A DNA stretch of 64,000 nucleotides from Halorutilales archaeon Cl-col2-1 (GTDB taxonomy: Archaea > Halobacteriota > Halobacteria > Halobacteriales > Afararchaeaceae), in assembly GCA_041891055.1 (NCBI GenBank), contig CP169074.1, forward strand, positions 32,001 through 96,000, read 5' to 3'. This document shows positions 50,772 through 60,982 of this stretch, piece by piece. Made by a program: the position numbers and the translations under genes. The stretch's first letter is position 1; every line of letters begins with the position of its first letter. The notes below the pieces were generated by a model, which ran no database searches, was not told where the DNA came from, and worked only from the letters and a program-made list of their open reading frames with translations.

Positions 50772-51461
50772 CTACGATGCCTCGAACTCGGCGGAGAGCC
50801 AGTCGGCTGCGTCCTCGACCTCGTCCTCGTCGCCGGAGGTGAGCTTGACGCGCACCTCCTCGCCCTCGCCGCCGGGGTAGCTTCCGACCTGTACGTCGAA
50901 TTTTTGACGCACCTCTTCGAGGTATCCGAGTATTTCGCTCTCGTACATCGTGGTGTAGACGAACCTCGTGTGTCTCTCATCGCCCTCAAACTCGTCCTCG
51001 ACCTTCTCGAACATCGACTTCATCTCTACGGGAACCCCGGGTAAGACATAGACGTTCTCGACTATGCATCCGGGGGCAACGCCCTCGTGGTTCACGACGA
51101 CGCGGCAGTCCTCGGGAAGCTCCGCGGTGGCTTCGAGGCTCGTCTGCCCCGAGTATCCCTCACGCAGATGTTCGAGAGCCTCGTCGTTGAGTTCGAGATT
51201 CTTTTCGAAGGCTTGTGAGACCGCCTCTACTGTGACGTCGTCGTGAGTGGGTCCGAGGCCTCCGGTTACTACGACTGCGTCGTAGAGACTGCTGTGTTCC
51301 CTCACAGTTGACGAGATGACCTCTCTTCTGTCTGGGAGGACACAGATACGTTCGACGTCGACACCGATCTCGGAAAACTGCGAGGCTAGCCACGTCGAGT
51401 TGGTGTTCTGTATGTCTCCGTCGAGTATCTCGTCGCCGACGTTGAGTATGGATACCTTCAA
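50772..51461 (-). CDS. CinA-like molybdopterin-binding (MoCF) domain protein
   Basis: VGDEILDGDIQNTN, TGGLGPTHDDVT, LPGVPVEM. Confidence 0.9.
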   Translation of the reverse strand: MKVSILNVGDEILDGDIQNTNSTWLASQFSEIGVDVERICVLPDRREVISSTVREHSSLYDAVVVTGGLGPTHDDVTVEAVSQAFEKNLELNDEALEHLREGYSGQTSLEATAELPEDCRVVVNHEGVAPGCIVENVYVLPGVPVEMKSMFEKVEDEFEGDERHTRFVYTTMYESEILGYLEEVRQKFDVQVGSYPGGEGEEVRVKLTSGDEDEVEDAADWLSAEFEAS

Positions 51462-51473
51462 GACGGTGTCTGT

Positions 51474-52385
51474 TTAGTGGTCGTGATCGTGATCGTGTTC
51501 CTCAGCAGCCTGTATGTCCTCTGCTATCTCCTCGGCGGAGACTTCCTCGCCGCCCTCGTTGGGAACGACCTCGGGTCCGAGCCCTCCCATTCCCATGCCC
51601 ATTCCCTCGCCTGCGTCTATCGTCTCTCTCACGACTACCCTGTCGACGTCTAGCTGGTCGATTATCTCCTGTGCGACCTGGTTCTTGCCTATTATCCAGT
51701 TCTGGTTCATCGAGAGCTCGGGGGTCTGTTCTATGTAGAGTGTCTCGACATCGACTTCCTCTTCTTCCTCGATTTCGTCACCTTCGTCGGTCTCGACGAC
51801 CTCTGTTTCGGTCTTCGTCTCGGTGCCGAGCGTGACGTCGACCTCGGCACCAGCGTTGAGTAAGACGAGAGCCTCCGCCTTCTCGACTTTACCTTCGACT
51901 GTGTCGACTACCTCGAAGTCGTACTCTATGTCCTGTCCTGCGAGGGGGTGGTTGAAGTCGACTCTCGCGCGTCCTCCGACGACTGTCTCTATGTAGCCCT
52001 GCTGTCCGTCTACCTCGACCTGAGCACCGGGGTAACGGTTCTCCTCGTCTATCTTCTTGACGTTGACGGTCTCGACGTTCTCGGGATCGTACTCTCCGAA
52101 TGCGTTCTCCGCCGAAATCGTGATCTCTCCCGAGTATCCGACGTCCTCACCGACTATCTCGTCCTCGACCTCCTCGAATATCTGTCCCTCTCCAACTATG
52201 ATGGGCTGGGGCTCGAAGGATCTACCCTCTTCGTCGAGTCCCTCTTCATCTGCGACCTCCTGTCTCGTGGTGTCGACGACTGTTCCTTCCTCAGTCGTCG
52301 CGGTGTAGTCTACGAGTATGAAGTCTCCTTCCTGAATTCCGGACTGCGTCTCGTCTTCGGACTCGTCGGCTTCTTGTTCAGTCAT
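51474..52385 (-). CDS. FKBP-type peptidyl-prolyl isomerase (long archaeal SlyD/MtfK type)
   Basis: DFILVDYT, DTT, AFGEYD, VDFNHPLAG; His-rich C-terminus HDHDHDH. Confidence 0.93.
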   Translation of the reverse strand: MTEQEADESEDETQSGIQEGDFILVDYTATTEEGTVVDTTRQEVADEEGLDEEGRSFEPQPIIVGEGQIFEEVEDEIVGEDVGYSGEITISAENAFGEYDPENVETVNVKKIDEENRYPGAQVEVDGQQGYIETVVGGRARVDFNHPLAGQDIEYDFEVVDTVEGKVEKAEALVLLNAGAEVDVTLGTETKTETEVVETDEGDEIEEEEEVDVETLYIEQTPELSMNQNWIIGKNQVAQEIIDQLDVDRVVVRETIDAGEGMGMGMGGLGPEVVPNEGGEEVSAEEIAEDIQAAEEHDHDHDH

Positions 52386-52490
52386 AGAGTAAGACAGACG
52401 GCTTAGATACTTAATCTGTTTGTTTGTTAAGCCACCAAGAGAGACGAGCCGTGGAGGTTAAGTGTGACCGCGACCTACTTCTCCGTAGTT

Positions 52491-52802
52491 ATGGAGTTCT
52501 GTCCAGAGTGTGGCTCGATGATGTACCTAGACGACGGCGTCTTCAAGTGCAAGGAGTGTGGCGCGGTCAAGGTGAAGGAAGACGACGCCGACTACACGAC
52601 AACTGAGGAGGGTGGACGGGGCGAAGTCACCGTCCTTGAGGACGAAGAGGACAAGGGTCTGCCGACCACGGAGGAGAGATGTCCCGAATGTGGCAACGAC
52701 ACAGCCTACTGGTATCTCCAGCAGACGCGCGCCGCAGACGAGTCGGAGACACGTTTCTACATCTGTACCGAGTGCGACCACAAGTGGAGGGACTACGACT
52801 AG
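52491..52802 (+). CDS. tfs: Transcription factor S (TFS/RpoM family)
   Basis: MEFCPECG, CPECG...QTRAADESETRFYICTEC..W. Confidence 0.93.
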   Translation: MEFCPECGSMMYLDDGVFKCKECGAVKVKEDDADYTTTEEGGRGEVTVLEDEEDKGLPTTEERCPECGNDTAYWYLQQTRAADESETRFYICTECDHKWRDYD

Positions 52803-52861
52803 ACCGACATTGACGTCGACGTCGTAAGCTTAAAACCCCGAAGACACAAGGTTAGTTTAGA

Positions 52862-52935
52862 GGGTCGGTAGTCTAGTTGGTCATGACACCGCCTTCACAC
52901 GGCGGAGGCCGTCGGTTCGAACCCGACCCGACCCA
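52862..52935 (+). tRNA. tRNA-Val(CAC)
   Basis: Acceptor GGGTCGG/CCGACCC+A, anticodon arm CCGCC-TTCACAC-GGCGG, T-arm GTCGG-TTCGAAC-CCGAC. No intron, CCA not encoded, TATA-like CTTAAAA ~30 bp upstream. Confidence 0.95.
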
Positions 52936-52987
52936 TGGATCGATATCCCCTCTTTTATACTGTTTCGCGGTTTAGTGTAGATAGCAC

Positions 52988-54256
52988 ATGTCCATACTGT
53001 CTTCTGTCACCGAAGAGTTAGGTCTCAAAGGTCATCTCTCGAAGTCGGATCAGCATCTCCTAGCCTACTCGACCGCGGCACACTCACTCAACCACGCAGT
53101 GATGCTATCGATACCCATTCTGGTGCCGATCTGGGTGACTGAGTTCGGGGTCACGAGATACGAGTTGGGTCTCGTCGTGACAGCGATGGCGGCTCTCTTC
53201 GGGGTAACGTCGCTACCCGCGGGGATCATAAGCGACAGACTCGGTGCCGATACTGCGATAGACCTCTTCCTCTTCGGAACCGGGGCGGCTCTCCTCGGGA
53301 TCTACTTCGTAGACAGCTTTTGGGTCTTAGCAGTCGTCGTCGCACTCACAGGAGCTGGCGCGGGACTCTACCACTCGCCCGCACTCAGCCTCATAAGTAG
53401 ACGTGCCGACGAGCCGAGCAAGGGGTTCGCGTACCACGGTCTCGGCGCGAACATAGGAATAGGTCTCGGGCCCTTGGGAGTTACTCTCGGTCTCGCGTTC
53501 ACCGACTGGCGGACGCTCCTCGTTCTCCTCGGCGCGTCGCTCGTGGTTTTCGGCGTCGTCTTCCGTGTATGGGGACCCGACGATCCCGTGTCCACGTCGA
53601 CTGACGAGAACGGGGACGAGATCCGTACGGGATTTCTCACACAGATGAGTTCTTTCGCAACTGTGGGATTCGCCGCGGTCGTCGGCGTCTACATCTTCGC
53701 GGGGATGTATTACAGAGGCTCCCTTACCTTCCTCCCCGACTTCCTCAATACAGTGTCGTCTCTCCCAGACCTCCAACTCGCCGGAAAAACTGTCGAGTCG
53801 GGACGGTGGGTCTACTCGGTCATACTCCTGATAGGCTCTGTGGGACAGATAGTCGGAGGTAACCTGGGAGAGAGATTCGAGGTCGAGACAGTCCTGAGGG
53901 GAGTCTACGTCGCCACGAGCGCGTCATTCGTCGTCCTCGGACTCGGGTCAGGCAGATGGATACTCGCAGGTGGAGTCGCCTTCGGCGCGCTCCTCTTCAC
54001 ACTTCCACCTCTCCACTCGACTGTCGTGACTAAGTACCTCCCCGAGGACAACAGAGGTGTCGGGTTCGGTCTCGTCTTCGGTATAAACTTCGGCGTAGGT
54101 GCTGTGGGTGCCGCCTTGGTGGGATGGGTTCTGACACAGACAGGAGGCAACTACACCGCGATGTTCTTCCTCCTCGCCGTCTTTCCACTTGGGTCGCTCG
54201 TCTCTATAATGGCTCTGAAACGCGTGTCGGGAGGCGAACCAGTCGTGAGTATGTAA
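52988..54256 (+). CDS. MFS transporter
   Basis: GIISDRLG motif A, GLYHSPALSLI, ~12 hydrophobic segments. Confidence 0.92.
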   Translation: MSILSSVTEELGLKGHLSKSDQHLLAYSTAAHSLNHAVMLSIPILVPIWVTEFGVTRYELGLVVTAMAALFGVTSLPAGIISDRLGADTAIDLFLFGTGAALLGIYFVDSFWVLAVVVALTGAGAGLYHSPALSLISRRADEPSKGFAYHGLGANIGIGLGPLGVTLGLAFTDWRTLLVLLGASLVVFGVVFRVWGPDDPVSTSTDENGDEIRTGFLTQMSSFATVGFAAVVGVYIFAGMYYRGSLTFLPDFLNTVSSLPDLQLAGKTVESGRWVYSVILLIGSVGQIVGGNLGERFEVETVLRGVYVATSASFVVLGLGSGRWILAGGVAFGALLFTLPPLHSTVVTKYLPEDNRGVGFGLVFGINFGVGAVGAALVGWVLTQTGGNYTAMFFLLAVFPLGSLVSIMALKRVSGGEPVVSM

Positions 54257-54452
54257 TGTAGAAAAGAAATATATGTCTCACAGCCGTCTTCGGGTCTATT
54301 CCGGGGACAGAGACACAGAGAACAGCCGAGTTCAGACGTATAACGGATCTAGAGTCGGAGTCACCCACACTCGTTGAGGGGTCACAGGCACAGGGACAGA
54401 CACAAGAGCCGAACGGTGAAACCGGTATGTACCAGTAAATAAGAGTAAGTAC

Positions 54453-54881
54453 ATGAGACTCAGATACATTGTCACTGTCTTAGGACTTGCTCTCGTAGTC
54501 GTTACCGCGGGATGTACCGCGCCGACCGACGGAACTGACAGCGAGAGGGAGAGTCTGAGTCTCGGACTCAACGACTCGGGTAGGTGTTACGAGGTCGAAA
54601 GCGGCACCGAGTTCACGGTAAGACTCTCGGAGAACCCGTCGACAGGATACAGATGGAACGTCACACAGAAGGAGGGCGTACGTATACAGAACAGTACCTA
54701 CGTGGAGCCCGACTCGTCTAAGCTGGGTGCTCCGGGCACGAGACTGATAGACGGAGTTGTCGAGGAGACCGGAGGTCTGAGAGCCGAGTACGTCAGGGGA
54801 TTCGACGACTCCGAGCCCGAAGAGGTCTTCGAGGTGAGCTTCGGAGTCGGCGAGAGGTGTCCCATAGGCTCGTCGGAGTAG
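54453..54881 (+). CDS. Chagasin-family (I42) cysteine-protease inhibitor lipoprotein
   Basis: TAGC lipobox, LSENPSTGYRW, LGAPG, EYVRGF. Confidence 0.82.
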   Translation: MRLRYIVTVLGLALVVVTAGCTAPTDGTDSERESLSLGLNDSGRCYEVESGTEFTVRLSENPSTGYRWNVTQKEGVRIQNSTYVEPDSSKLGAPGTRLIDGVVEETGGLRAEYVRGFDDSEPEEVFEVSFGVGERCPIGSSE

Positions 54882-54953
54882 TGTGGTGTGGCGTGGGAAC
54901 CGAAGACAAACGACAAACGGCATAAACACCCAAGAACTACACGGCGTATGGGT

Positions 54954-55889
54954 ATGAAGAAACGCAGTCTGGGGGAGATTGAGGTCTCTGAGGTCGGATT
55001 CGGGGGATGGGGAATAGGAGGAGACGAGTACGGCAACTCTTACGGTCCTACCGAAGACGACGAGTCGGTAGCCGCTGTACGTAAAGCGCGCGAACTCGGC
55101 GTCGATTTCTTCGACACAGCCGACGTCTACGGACACGGTCACTCGGAGGAGATACTCGCCGAGGCAGTCGAGACTAACTCCGACGATGTACGTGTCTGCA
55201 CGAAGGGAGGAGCCGACTTCTACCAGGACGGCGATATGAACTTCGACTCTCAGTACATAAAGTACGCCGCGGTCAAGAGCATAGAACGTCTCCGAGCCGA
55301 GTACATAGACGTCTACATGCTTCAGAACCCGCCGCGTAAGGCACTCTCCGACCCCGGGACATATGAGTCACTCAAAAGGATGAAGAACGAGGGCGTGATA
55401 GGACAGTACGGCGTCTCTGTACACGAGCCTGCCGAGGGACGTATAGCCGCCGAGACAGGAGACGTAGACGTCGTCGAGGTCGGCTTCAACATAATAAAGA
55501 AGGGCGCTAAGAGAGACCTCTTCGACTACGCCGAGGACAACGACGTGAGTATAGTCGCGCGTGAGCCCCTCGCCAACGGCTTCCTGACGGGAAAGTACGA
55601 CGAGGATCACACCTTCCGTACGACTGATATGAGGGAGGGAATGCCCGACGAACTCGTGAGACAGAGAGTGCGCGCGGGAAACGAACTCAAGAGCCTTGTC
55701 GAGGAGGAGAACAAAGATTACAGCCCCACACAGGCGGCTATAAAGTATGTACTCGCACACGACGCTGTCTCTGTGACTATACCCGGCGCGAAGACTCCCG
55801 AACAGGTTGAGGAGAACGTCGCCGCGGCGACCGAGTACGAGCCGATGTCAGACGAGATGGTCGAGAAGATAGAGTCTCTGGTGTTCTGA
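54954..55889 (+). CDS. Aldo/keto reductase
   Basis: GFGGWGIGG, FDTADVYG.GHSE, TKGG, REPLANG.LTGK, IPGAKTPEQ. Confidence 0.93.
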   Translation: MKKRSLGEIEVSEVGFGGWGIGGDEYGNSYGPTEDDESVAAVRKARELGVDFFDTADVYGHGHSEEILAEAVETNSDDVRVCTKGGADFYQDGDMNFDSQYIKYAAVKSIERLRAEYIDVYMLQNPPRKALSDPGTYESLKRMKNEGVIGQYGVSVHEPAEGRIAAETGDVDVVEVGFNIIKKGAKRDLFDYAEDNDVSIVAREPLANGFLTGKYDEDHTFRTTDMREGMPDELVRQRVRAGNELKSLVEEENKDYSPTQAAIKYVLAHDAVSVTIPGAKTPEQVEENVAAATEYEPMSDEMVEKIESLVF

Positions 55890-55890
55890 T

Positions 55891-56523
55891 ATGGATCGGC
55901 AGGAACGCGCACAGGAGGTCTACGAACGTCTGGAGGAGGAGTATCCCGAGGCACACACTACACTTGACTACGAGACTCCGTTTCAGCTACTCGTAGCCAC
56001 GGTTCTGTCGGCACAGTGTACTGACGAGCGCGTGAACAAGGTCACACCCGAGCTCTTCGACGAGTATCCGACGCCCGACGCGATGGCAGAGGCGGACGAG
56101 GATAGGCTGAAGGAGATTATCCGTTCGACGGGCTACTACAACTCAAAGTCGGATTACCTCTTAGAGTCGTCGCGGCGTATAGTCGAGGAGTACGGCGGCG
56201 AGGTACCGAGGAGCATGGACGAACTCACGACACTCAAGGGGGTGGCGAGGAAGACCGCGAACGTCGTCCTGTCGAATGCCTTCGACAGCCACGAGGGAAT
56301 CGCAGTCGACACACACGTTCAGCGGGTCTCACAGCGTCTCGGTATCACAGAAGAGGAGAAGCCCGAGAGGATAGAGGAAGACCTGATGGAGATATACGAC
56401 AGAGACCAGTGGAGACTCGTCTCACATCTCCTGATATTCCACGGAAGGGCGACGTGTACGGCGAGATCGCCCGACTGCGCCGACTGTGTCCTCGAAGACA
56501 TCTGTCCGTCGTCGGAACTCTGA
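55891..56523 (+). CDS. nth: Endonuclease III
   Basis: LSAQCTD, LKGVARKTANVV, VDTHV, CTARSPDCADCVLEDIC. Confidence 0.96.
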   Translation: MDRQERAQEVYERLEEEYPEAHTTLDYETPFQLLVATVLSAQCTDERVNKVTPELFDEYPTPDAMAEADEDRLKEIIRSTGYYNSKSDYLLESSRRIVEEYGGEVPRSMDELTTLKGVARKTANVVLSNAFDSHEGIAVDTHVQRVSQRLGITEEEKPERIEEDLMEIYDRDQWRLVSHLLIFHGRATCTARSPDCADCVLEDICPSSEL

Positions 56524-56577
56524 CCCGTAGTTCTAACCGAAAGTATCAAACCCTCGGGACGTCTACCCTTATGCACT

Positions 56578-56856
56578 ATGAAGATGCCGAGACGTTTCAG
56601 GACTTACTGTCCCAACTGTGACTCCCACCAGGAGATGGAAGTCGAGAAGGTACAGAGAGGACGAGAGACGGGTATGAAATGGATAGACCGACAGAGGGAG
56701 CGTAACTCGGGAATAGGTAACGACGGTAAGTTCTCGAAGGTTCCGGGAGGAAACAAGCCGACTAAGAAGACTGACCTGCGTTACCGATGCAGTGAGTGTG
56801 GCAAGGCACATCTCAGAGAGGGATGGAGAGCCGGAAAGCTCGAACTGGAGGACTAA
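56578..56856 (+). CDS. rpl44e: 50S ribosomal protein L44e (eL42)
   Basis: [24 protein letters not shown]. Confidence 0.96.
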   Translation: MKMPRRFRTYCPNCDSHQEMEVEKVQRGRETGMKWIDRQRERNSGIGNDGKFSKVPGGNKPTKKTDLRYRCSECGKAHLREGWRAGKLELED

Positions 56857-56857
56857 G

Positions 56858-57031
56858 ATGGCGGGAAGATTCCTCAAGGTCAAGTGTGACGACTGTGAGA
56901 ACGAACAGGTAGTCTTCGAGAAGGCGGCTTCGGAGGTACCGTGTGCAGTCTGTGGCTCGACTCTCGTTGTCCCGACGGGAGGAGAGGCTGAGATACAGGC
57001 AGACGTAGTAGAGGTAGCGGAGGCGCGGTAG
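56858..57031 (+). CDS. rps27e: 30S ribosomal protein S27e
   Basis: [16 protein letters not shown]...CAVCG..LVVPTGG. Confidence 0.96.
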   Translation: MAGRFLKVKCDDCENEQVVFEKAASEVPCAVCGSTLVVPTGGEAEIQADVVEVAEAR

Positions 57032-57035
57032 ACGG

Positions 57036-57845
57036 ATGAAGTACAGCGGCTGGCCTGATCCCGGAGAGCTCGTCGTGGGTAAGGTTACAGAGGTCGAGGA
57101 CTTCGGTGCCTTCGTCGACCTCGTCGAGTACGAGGACAAGGAGGGTCTCGTCCACGTCTCGGAGGTCTCGAGCGGCTGGGTCAAGTACATACGTGACTAC
57201 GTCCGCGAGGATCAGACAGTCGTCTGTAAGGTTCTGGAAGTCGACAAGGAGAGTCACCAGATAGACCTCTCGATCAAGGACGTCAACGACAAGCAGAAGA
57301 GGACGAAGATACAGGAGTGGAAGAACGAGCAGAAAGCCGACAAATGGGTCACGATGGCTCTCGAAGACGAAGAGGTCGACGTCGAAGACCCAGACGAGGC
57401 TTTCACGCGTGTAGCCGAAGCCCTCATTAACACCCACGGCACGATGTACGAGGCTCTCGAGGAAGCGGCAAAGGGCGGAGTCGAGGTAATCGAGGAAGCC
57501 GAAGTAGAGCCCGAGATCGCCGAGAGCATCACACGTGTCGCACGTGAGAACGTCAGCGTTCCCTATGTCGAGATAGACGGATTCGTAGATCTTGAGACCG
57601 TCTCGCTCGGCGGCGTCGATGACATAAAGGAAGCCCTCGAAGAGATAGGATACGACGGAGAGGAGGAGGTCGAGATAGACGTCGAGTACGTCTCGGCACC
57701 CGAGTACCGTATAACAGCGAAGGCACACGACTACAAGACCGCCGAGAGGGCAGTCGAGGAAGCCGCACAGAAGGCAGTCGACAGGATAAAAGACCTCGGA
57801 GGTACGGGAGAGTACCACTCTGAGTCACGGACTGCCGAAGCATAG
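57036..57845 (+). CDS. eif2a: Translation initiation factor aIF-2 alpha
   Basis: S1 domain PDPGELVV..FGAFVDL.EY..EGLVHVSEV, SAPEYRI...DYK. Confidence 0.96.
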   Translation: MKYSGWPDPGELVVGKVTEVEDFGAFVDLVEYEDKEGLVHVSEVSSGWVKYIRDYVREDQTVVCKVLEVDKESHQIDLSIKDVNDKQKRTKIQEWKNEQKADKWVTMALEDEEVDVEDPDEAFTRVAEALINTHGTMYEALEEAAKGGVEVIEEAEVEPEIAESITRVARENVSVPYVEIDGFVDLETVSLGGVDDIKEALEEIGYDGEEEVEIDVEYVSAPEYRITAKAHDYKTAERAVEEAAQKAVDRIKDLGGTGEYHSESRTAEA

Positions 57846-57900
57846 CATAGCACATCACGACACGACTTTCTAATTAATTAATATCCGTAATCCACAGATA

Positions 57901-58077
57901 ATGAAATCGATAATCAGGAGATGTCTCTCGGACGAACACGACAAGCCTGTCTATAGCTTAGGTGAGACGTGCCGAGTCTGTGGAAAAGAGACAGAAAACA
58001 GTTCACCGCCTCGTTTTTCACCCAAGGACAAGTACGGTAAGTACAGGAGGAAGACAAAATGGGAAGATCACAGATAG
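57901..58077 (+). CDS. nop10: H/ACA RNP protein Nop10
   Basis: Manual translation MKSIIRRC...YSLGETCRVCG...PPRFSPKDKYGKYRR; conserved operon position. Confidence 0.92.
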   Translation: MKSIIRRCLSDEHDKPVYSLGETCRVCGKETENSSPPRFSPKDKYGKYRRKTKWEDHR

Positions 58078-58844
58078 AGACAGAAGAGATAGCCGTCGAG
58101 GAGGTCGCAGAGGTCGAAGTAGAGAGCCCGGTTCTGATAGAGGGGCTCCCGGGAGTCGGACACGTCGGGAAGCTCGTCTCGGATCACATAGTCGGTGAGT
58201 TCGAGTCGGAGGTCGTGAGACGTATCTACTCACAGCATTTCCCTCCACAGTCAGAGGTCGACGACGAGGGGATGGCGGAGCTTGTGAGCATAGAGCTTCA
58301 CCACTGTGAGGTCGAGGGCAACGACTTCCTCGTCCTTACGGGCGACCACCAGTCACAGACGATGGACGGACATTACAAGGTCACGGGACGTGTCCTCGAT
58401 ATTGCCGAGGAGTTCGGCGTCGAGAGAGTCTACACACTCGGTGGCGTCCCGACAGGAGAGCTCGTCGAGGAGTACGACGTCTACGGCGCGGCTAACGACC
58501 GCGACTTCCTAGAGGAGACGAAAGAACTCGGAGTCGACTTCGAGAGCGACGAGCCCGCTGGCGGAATAGTCGGAATATCGGGTCTCCTACTCGGGTTAGG
58601 AGAACAGAGAGGAGTCCCCGCTGTCTGTCTCATGGGAGAGACGAGCGGCTACATGGTCGATCCCAAGAGCGCACAGGCAGTCTTAGAAGTCCTGACCCAG
58701 GCACTCGGCTTCGAGGTCGACATGGAAGAGCTTGAGGAACGCGCCGAGGAGATGGAAGAGGTCGTACAGCGTCTCCAGGACATGAACCAGATACAGCAGT
58801 CCCCGTCGGCGGCGGGCGAAAACGATCTGAGGTACATAGGGTAA
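58059..58844 (+). CDS. Proteasome assembly chaperone (PAC2) family protein
   Basis: EGLPGVGHVGKL, HFPPQ, CLMGETSGY.VDPKSA. Confidence 0.92.
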   Translation: MGRSQIETEEIAVEEVAEVEVESPVLIEGLPGVGHVGKLVSDHIVGEFESEVVRRIYSQHFPPQSEVDDEGMAELVSIELHHCEVEGNDFLVLTGDHQSQTMDGHYKVTGRVLDIAEEFGVERVYTLGGVPTGELVEEYDVYGAANDRDFLEETKELGVDFESDEPAGGIVGISGLLLGLGEQRGVPAVCLMGETSGYMVDPKSAQAVLEVLTQALGFEVDMEELEERAEEMEEVVQRLQDMNQIQQSPSAAGENDLRYIG

Positions 58845-58850
58845 TAAATA

Positions 58851-59249
58851 ATGCCAGTAAAAAGAGACTCAGACGTCGAGTTAGAGGAGGTCGGAAGAGG
58901 CGACGGAGTTGAGGTTCGGCGTTTCATCACGGAGGACGACGGCGCTCCCAACTTCAACCTGAGGAAGTTCTACATGGAGCCCGGCGGCGGAATGCCGAGG
59001 CATTATCATCCCGGAACCGAACACGAACAGTACCTGATACAGGGAGAGATACGTCTGACACTCGGGGGCGGCGACGAAGACGAACATGAAGACGAACACG
59101 AAGAGACACAGACCGTCGAATCCGGCGACACAGTCTACATACCCGCGGGAACCCCACATGAGTACGAGGTCGTGAGCGACGAGCCCGCCGAGTTCATCTG
59201 TGTGGTTCCGCAGGGTGAGACCGAGACGGTATTCGTCGACAAAGAATAA
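58851..59249 (+). CDS. Cupin domain protein
   Basis: PRHYH...EHEQY, GDTVYIPAGTPH. Confidence 0.9.
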   Translation: MPVKRDSDVELEEVGRGDGVEVRRFITEDDGAPNFNLRKFYMEPGGGMPRHYHPGTEHEQYLIQGEIRLTLGGGDEDEHEDEHEETQTVESGDTVYIPAGTPHEYEVVSDEPAEFICVVPQGETETVFVDKE

Positions 59250-59262
59250 CTATCCAGTTATT

Positions 59263-59517
59263 TTATCTGTTGTTGTCTATCCATCTGCAAAACTCGTCGA
59301 AGTCATCCGCGCCAGCTTGGTCAGCTATGTTACGTAATGTGCCGGTTCGTAGCGATTCGTGTCGAGGTACTGTAACAGTACGCGGATTAGTATCGTGGTT
59401 TTCGGGAGGCTCCCACTTCAGAATCATATGATCTCCTGTCGTCCGATCCCAGACGAAGTTGCCTTTGTTAACTAGAACTCGGGCGACATCATCCCCCGAG
59501 AAGTTACGTGTCACCAT
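59263..59517 (-). CDS. hicA: HicA-family toxin
   Basis: FSGDDV, RTTGDHMIL, VTVPRH..LRTGTLRNI..QAG. Confidence 0.88.
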   Translation of the reverse strand: MVTRNFSGDDVARVLVNKGNFVWDRTTGDHMILKWEPPENHDTNPRTVTVPRHESLRTGTLRNIADQAGADDFDEFCRWIDNNR

Positions 59518-59524
59518 CCTTCTA

Positions 59525-59785
59525 CTACTTCAGAAAGTCAGGGAGTTCGCCTCCGGCTTCGTTATCGTTGTCGTTGTCCTCGGGATCTATGCCGATCTCA
59601 CGGAGCTCTTCCTCGGTAGGCTCACGTCCTATCTCGCCCTTGTGTAAGGCGACCGCCTCCTCAAGGTTATCGAGGGCTTCTTCCTTCGTCGATCCCTGAG
59701 ACGCCACTCCCTCATCTTCATCCTTAGCCACCCAGACGCCGTCTTCTTGGGTCAGGGTTATCTTGCGTTTTATTTCGGTACTCAT
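59525..59785 (-). CDS. hicB: HicB-family antitoxin (short form)
   Basis: EDGVWVA...VASQGSTKEEALDNLEEAV. Confidence 0.88.
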   Translation of the reverse strand: MSTEIKRKITLTQEDGVWVAKDEDEGVASQGSTKEEALDNLEEAVALHKGEIGREPTEEELREIGIDPEDNDNDNEAGGELPDFLK

Positions 59786-59866
59786 TTTCCCACCATCAGG
59801 TTTTGGGTTGTTCCTCTCTGTCTCCTGTGTCCGTACCGCTTCTTCACGAATAAAGCCTTCGCCAGA

Positions 59867-60982
59867 TCACACCACACCCATCTCCGACAGCCTCTCGGGG
59901 AGGTACTCGTCTGTCACGAAGTCGAGACCGTACGAAGCGAGTGACTGCTGTTCCGCCTTCTTGTCTATGTCTAACTGAAGCTCGATCTGTTCCCTCCAGT
60001 AGGGGGTGTCAAACCTCGGATCTGTAAGCTCGTTTTCGAGAGCGTTTATGTCGGAGTCACTCAGAGGGTCGGTCGGCAGGTCGTAGTCGACTATGTCGGA
60101 GGGCTGTATGCCTATGAACTCAGCCTCGGGAGTCGCGAGATGCTTCGAGAGATGAGCGCTCTTTATCGAGCCGTAGGCGACGCTGCTGTATATCCTGTAA
60201 GACCACGGGTCACTGTCAGTGAAGACGACGACGGGAAGGTCACGCTCGTCGTGGAGCCTCTTTATGATACGTCTCGTCGAACGCGCAGGCTGCCCCTTGA
60301 GATGCACGATGATCGAGCTGTGTGACTCGTCGAAGCCGTTCTCGACGAGACGGTCACGCATACCACCCGTCTCGACTGCTAAGACGAAGTCAGCGTCGTC
60401 GTCGAGGAACTCGACTGTGTCGACGTCGGTGGGTATCTGGTAGCCTCCCTCACCGACGTCCTCCTGACAGTGTATGTCGCGCTCGCCACGTCTCGTCTGT
60501 TCACGGAGTTCGAGAGGTCCTATGACGGTCGCGCCGTCCTCCTCGGGACGCATATGTAGAGCCTCACGTCTCAGGTCGCCGAGTATCTCGAGATCCTCTA
60601 TGAGGCGGTCGCTCTCGTCCTGTGACGAGAACTGGGCGTTCTCCCATCCCTCGGAGAGGTAGTATAGCTCCCTCAGTGTCGACGACCTCTCCTCCTCTAT
60701 CTGTTCGCGGAGGAACTCGGTAGTGTAGACGAGACGCAGAAGCTTACGCGCGCCGCTGACCGAGTTCGCCGACCGCGTACTCTTCGAGTCTCCGTAGACC
60801 CAGACGTCGGACTCCTCGTCGTACTCGACGTTGTTCTTCGTACGTGTCGGGAGACGTACACGTGGTATCTCCCCGTCGTCGAACTGTTCGTATATCTCGT
60901 CGGCGAGTTCGAGGAGTGTCTCGCGTGCCGCCTCCTCCCTCGACATCTCGGTGCTGTCAGTGTCGGTGTTACTCTTACTCAT
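59867..60982 (-). CDS. top6A: DNA topoisomerase VI subunit A
   Basis: TLRELYY, VETGG, KGQPAR, DSDPWSY, KAEQQ. Confidence 0.96.
   Translation of the reverse strand: MSKSNTDTDSTEMSREEAARETLLELADEIYEQFDDGEIPRVRLPTRTKNNVEYDEESDVWVYGDSKSTRSANSVSGARKLLRLVYTTEFLREQIEEERSSTLRELYYLSEGWENAQFSSQDESDRLIEDLEILGDLRREALHMRPEEDGATVIGPLELREQTRRGERDIHCQEDVGEGGYQIPTDVDTVEFLDDDADFVLAVETGGMRDRLVENGFDESHSSIIVHLKGQPARSTRRIIKRLHDERDLPVVVFTDSDPWSYRIYSSVAYGSIKSAHLSKHLATPEAEFIGIQPSDIVDYDLPTDPLSDSDINALENELTDPRFDTPYWREQIELQLDIDKKAEQQSLASYGLDFVTDEYLPERLSEMGVV

Noticed and set aside
54273-54377. 34-codon ORF between the MFS and chagasin genes
   Set aside because: Short, basic, low-complexity and without recognisable features.
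52862-54900. tRNA-Val as integration site of a genomic island
   Set aside because: No integrase and no duplicated tRNA 3' end were seen downstream.
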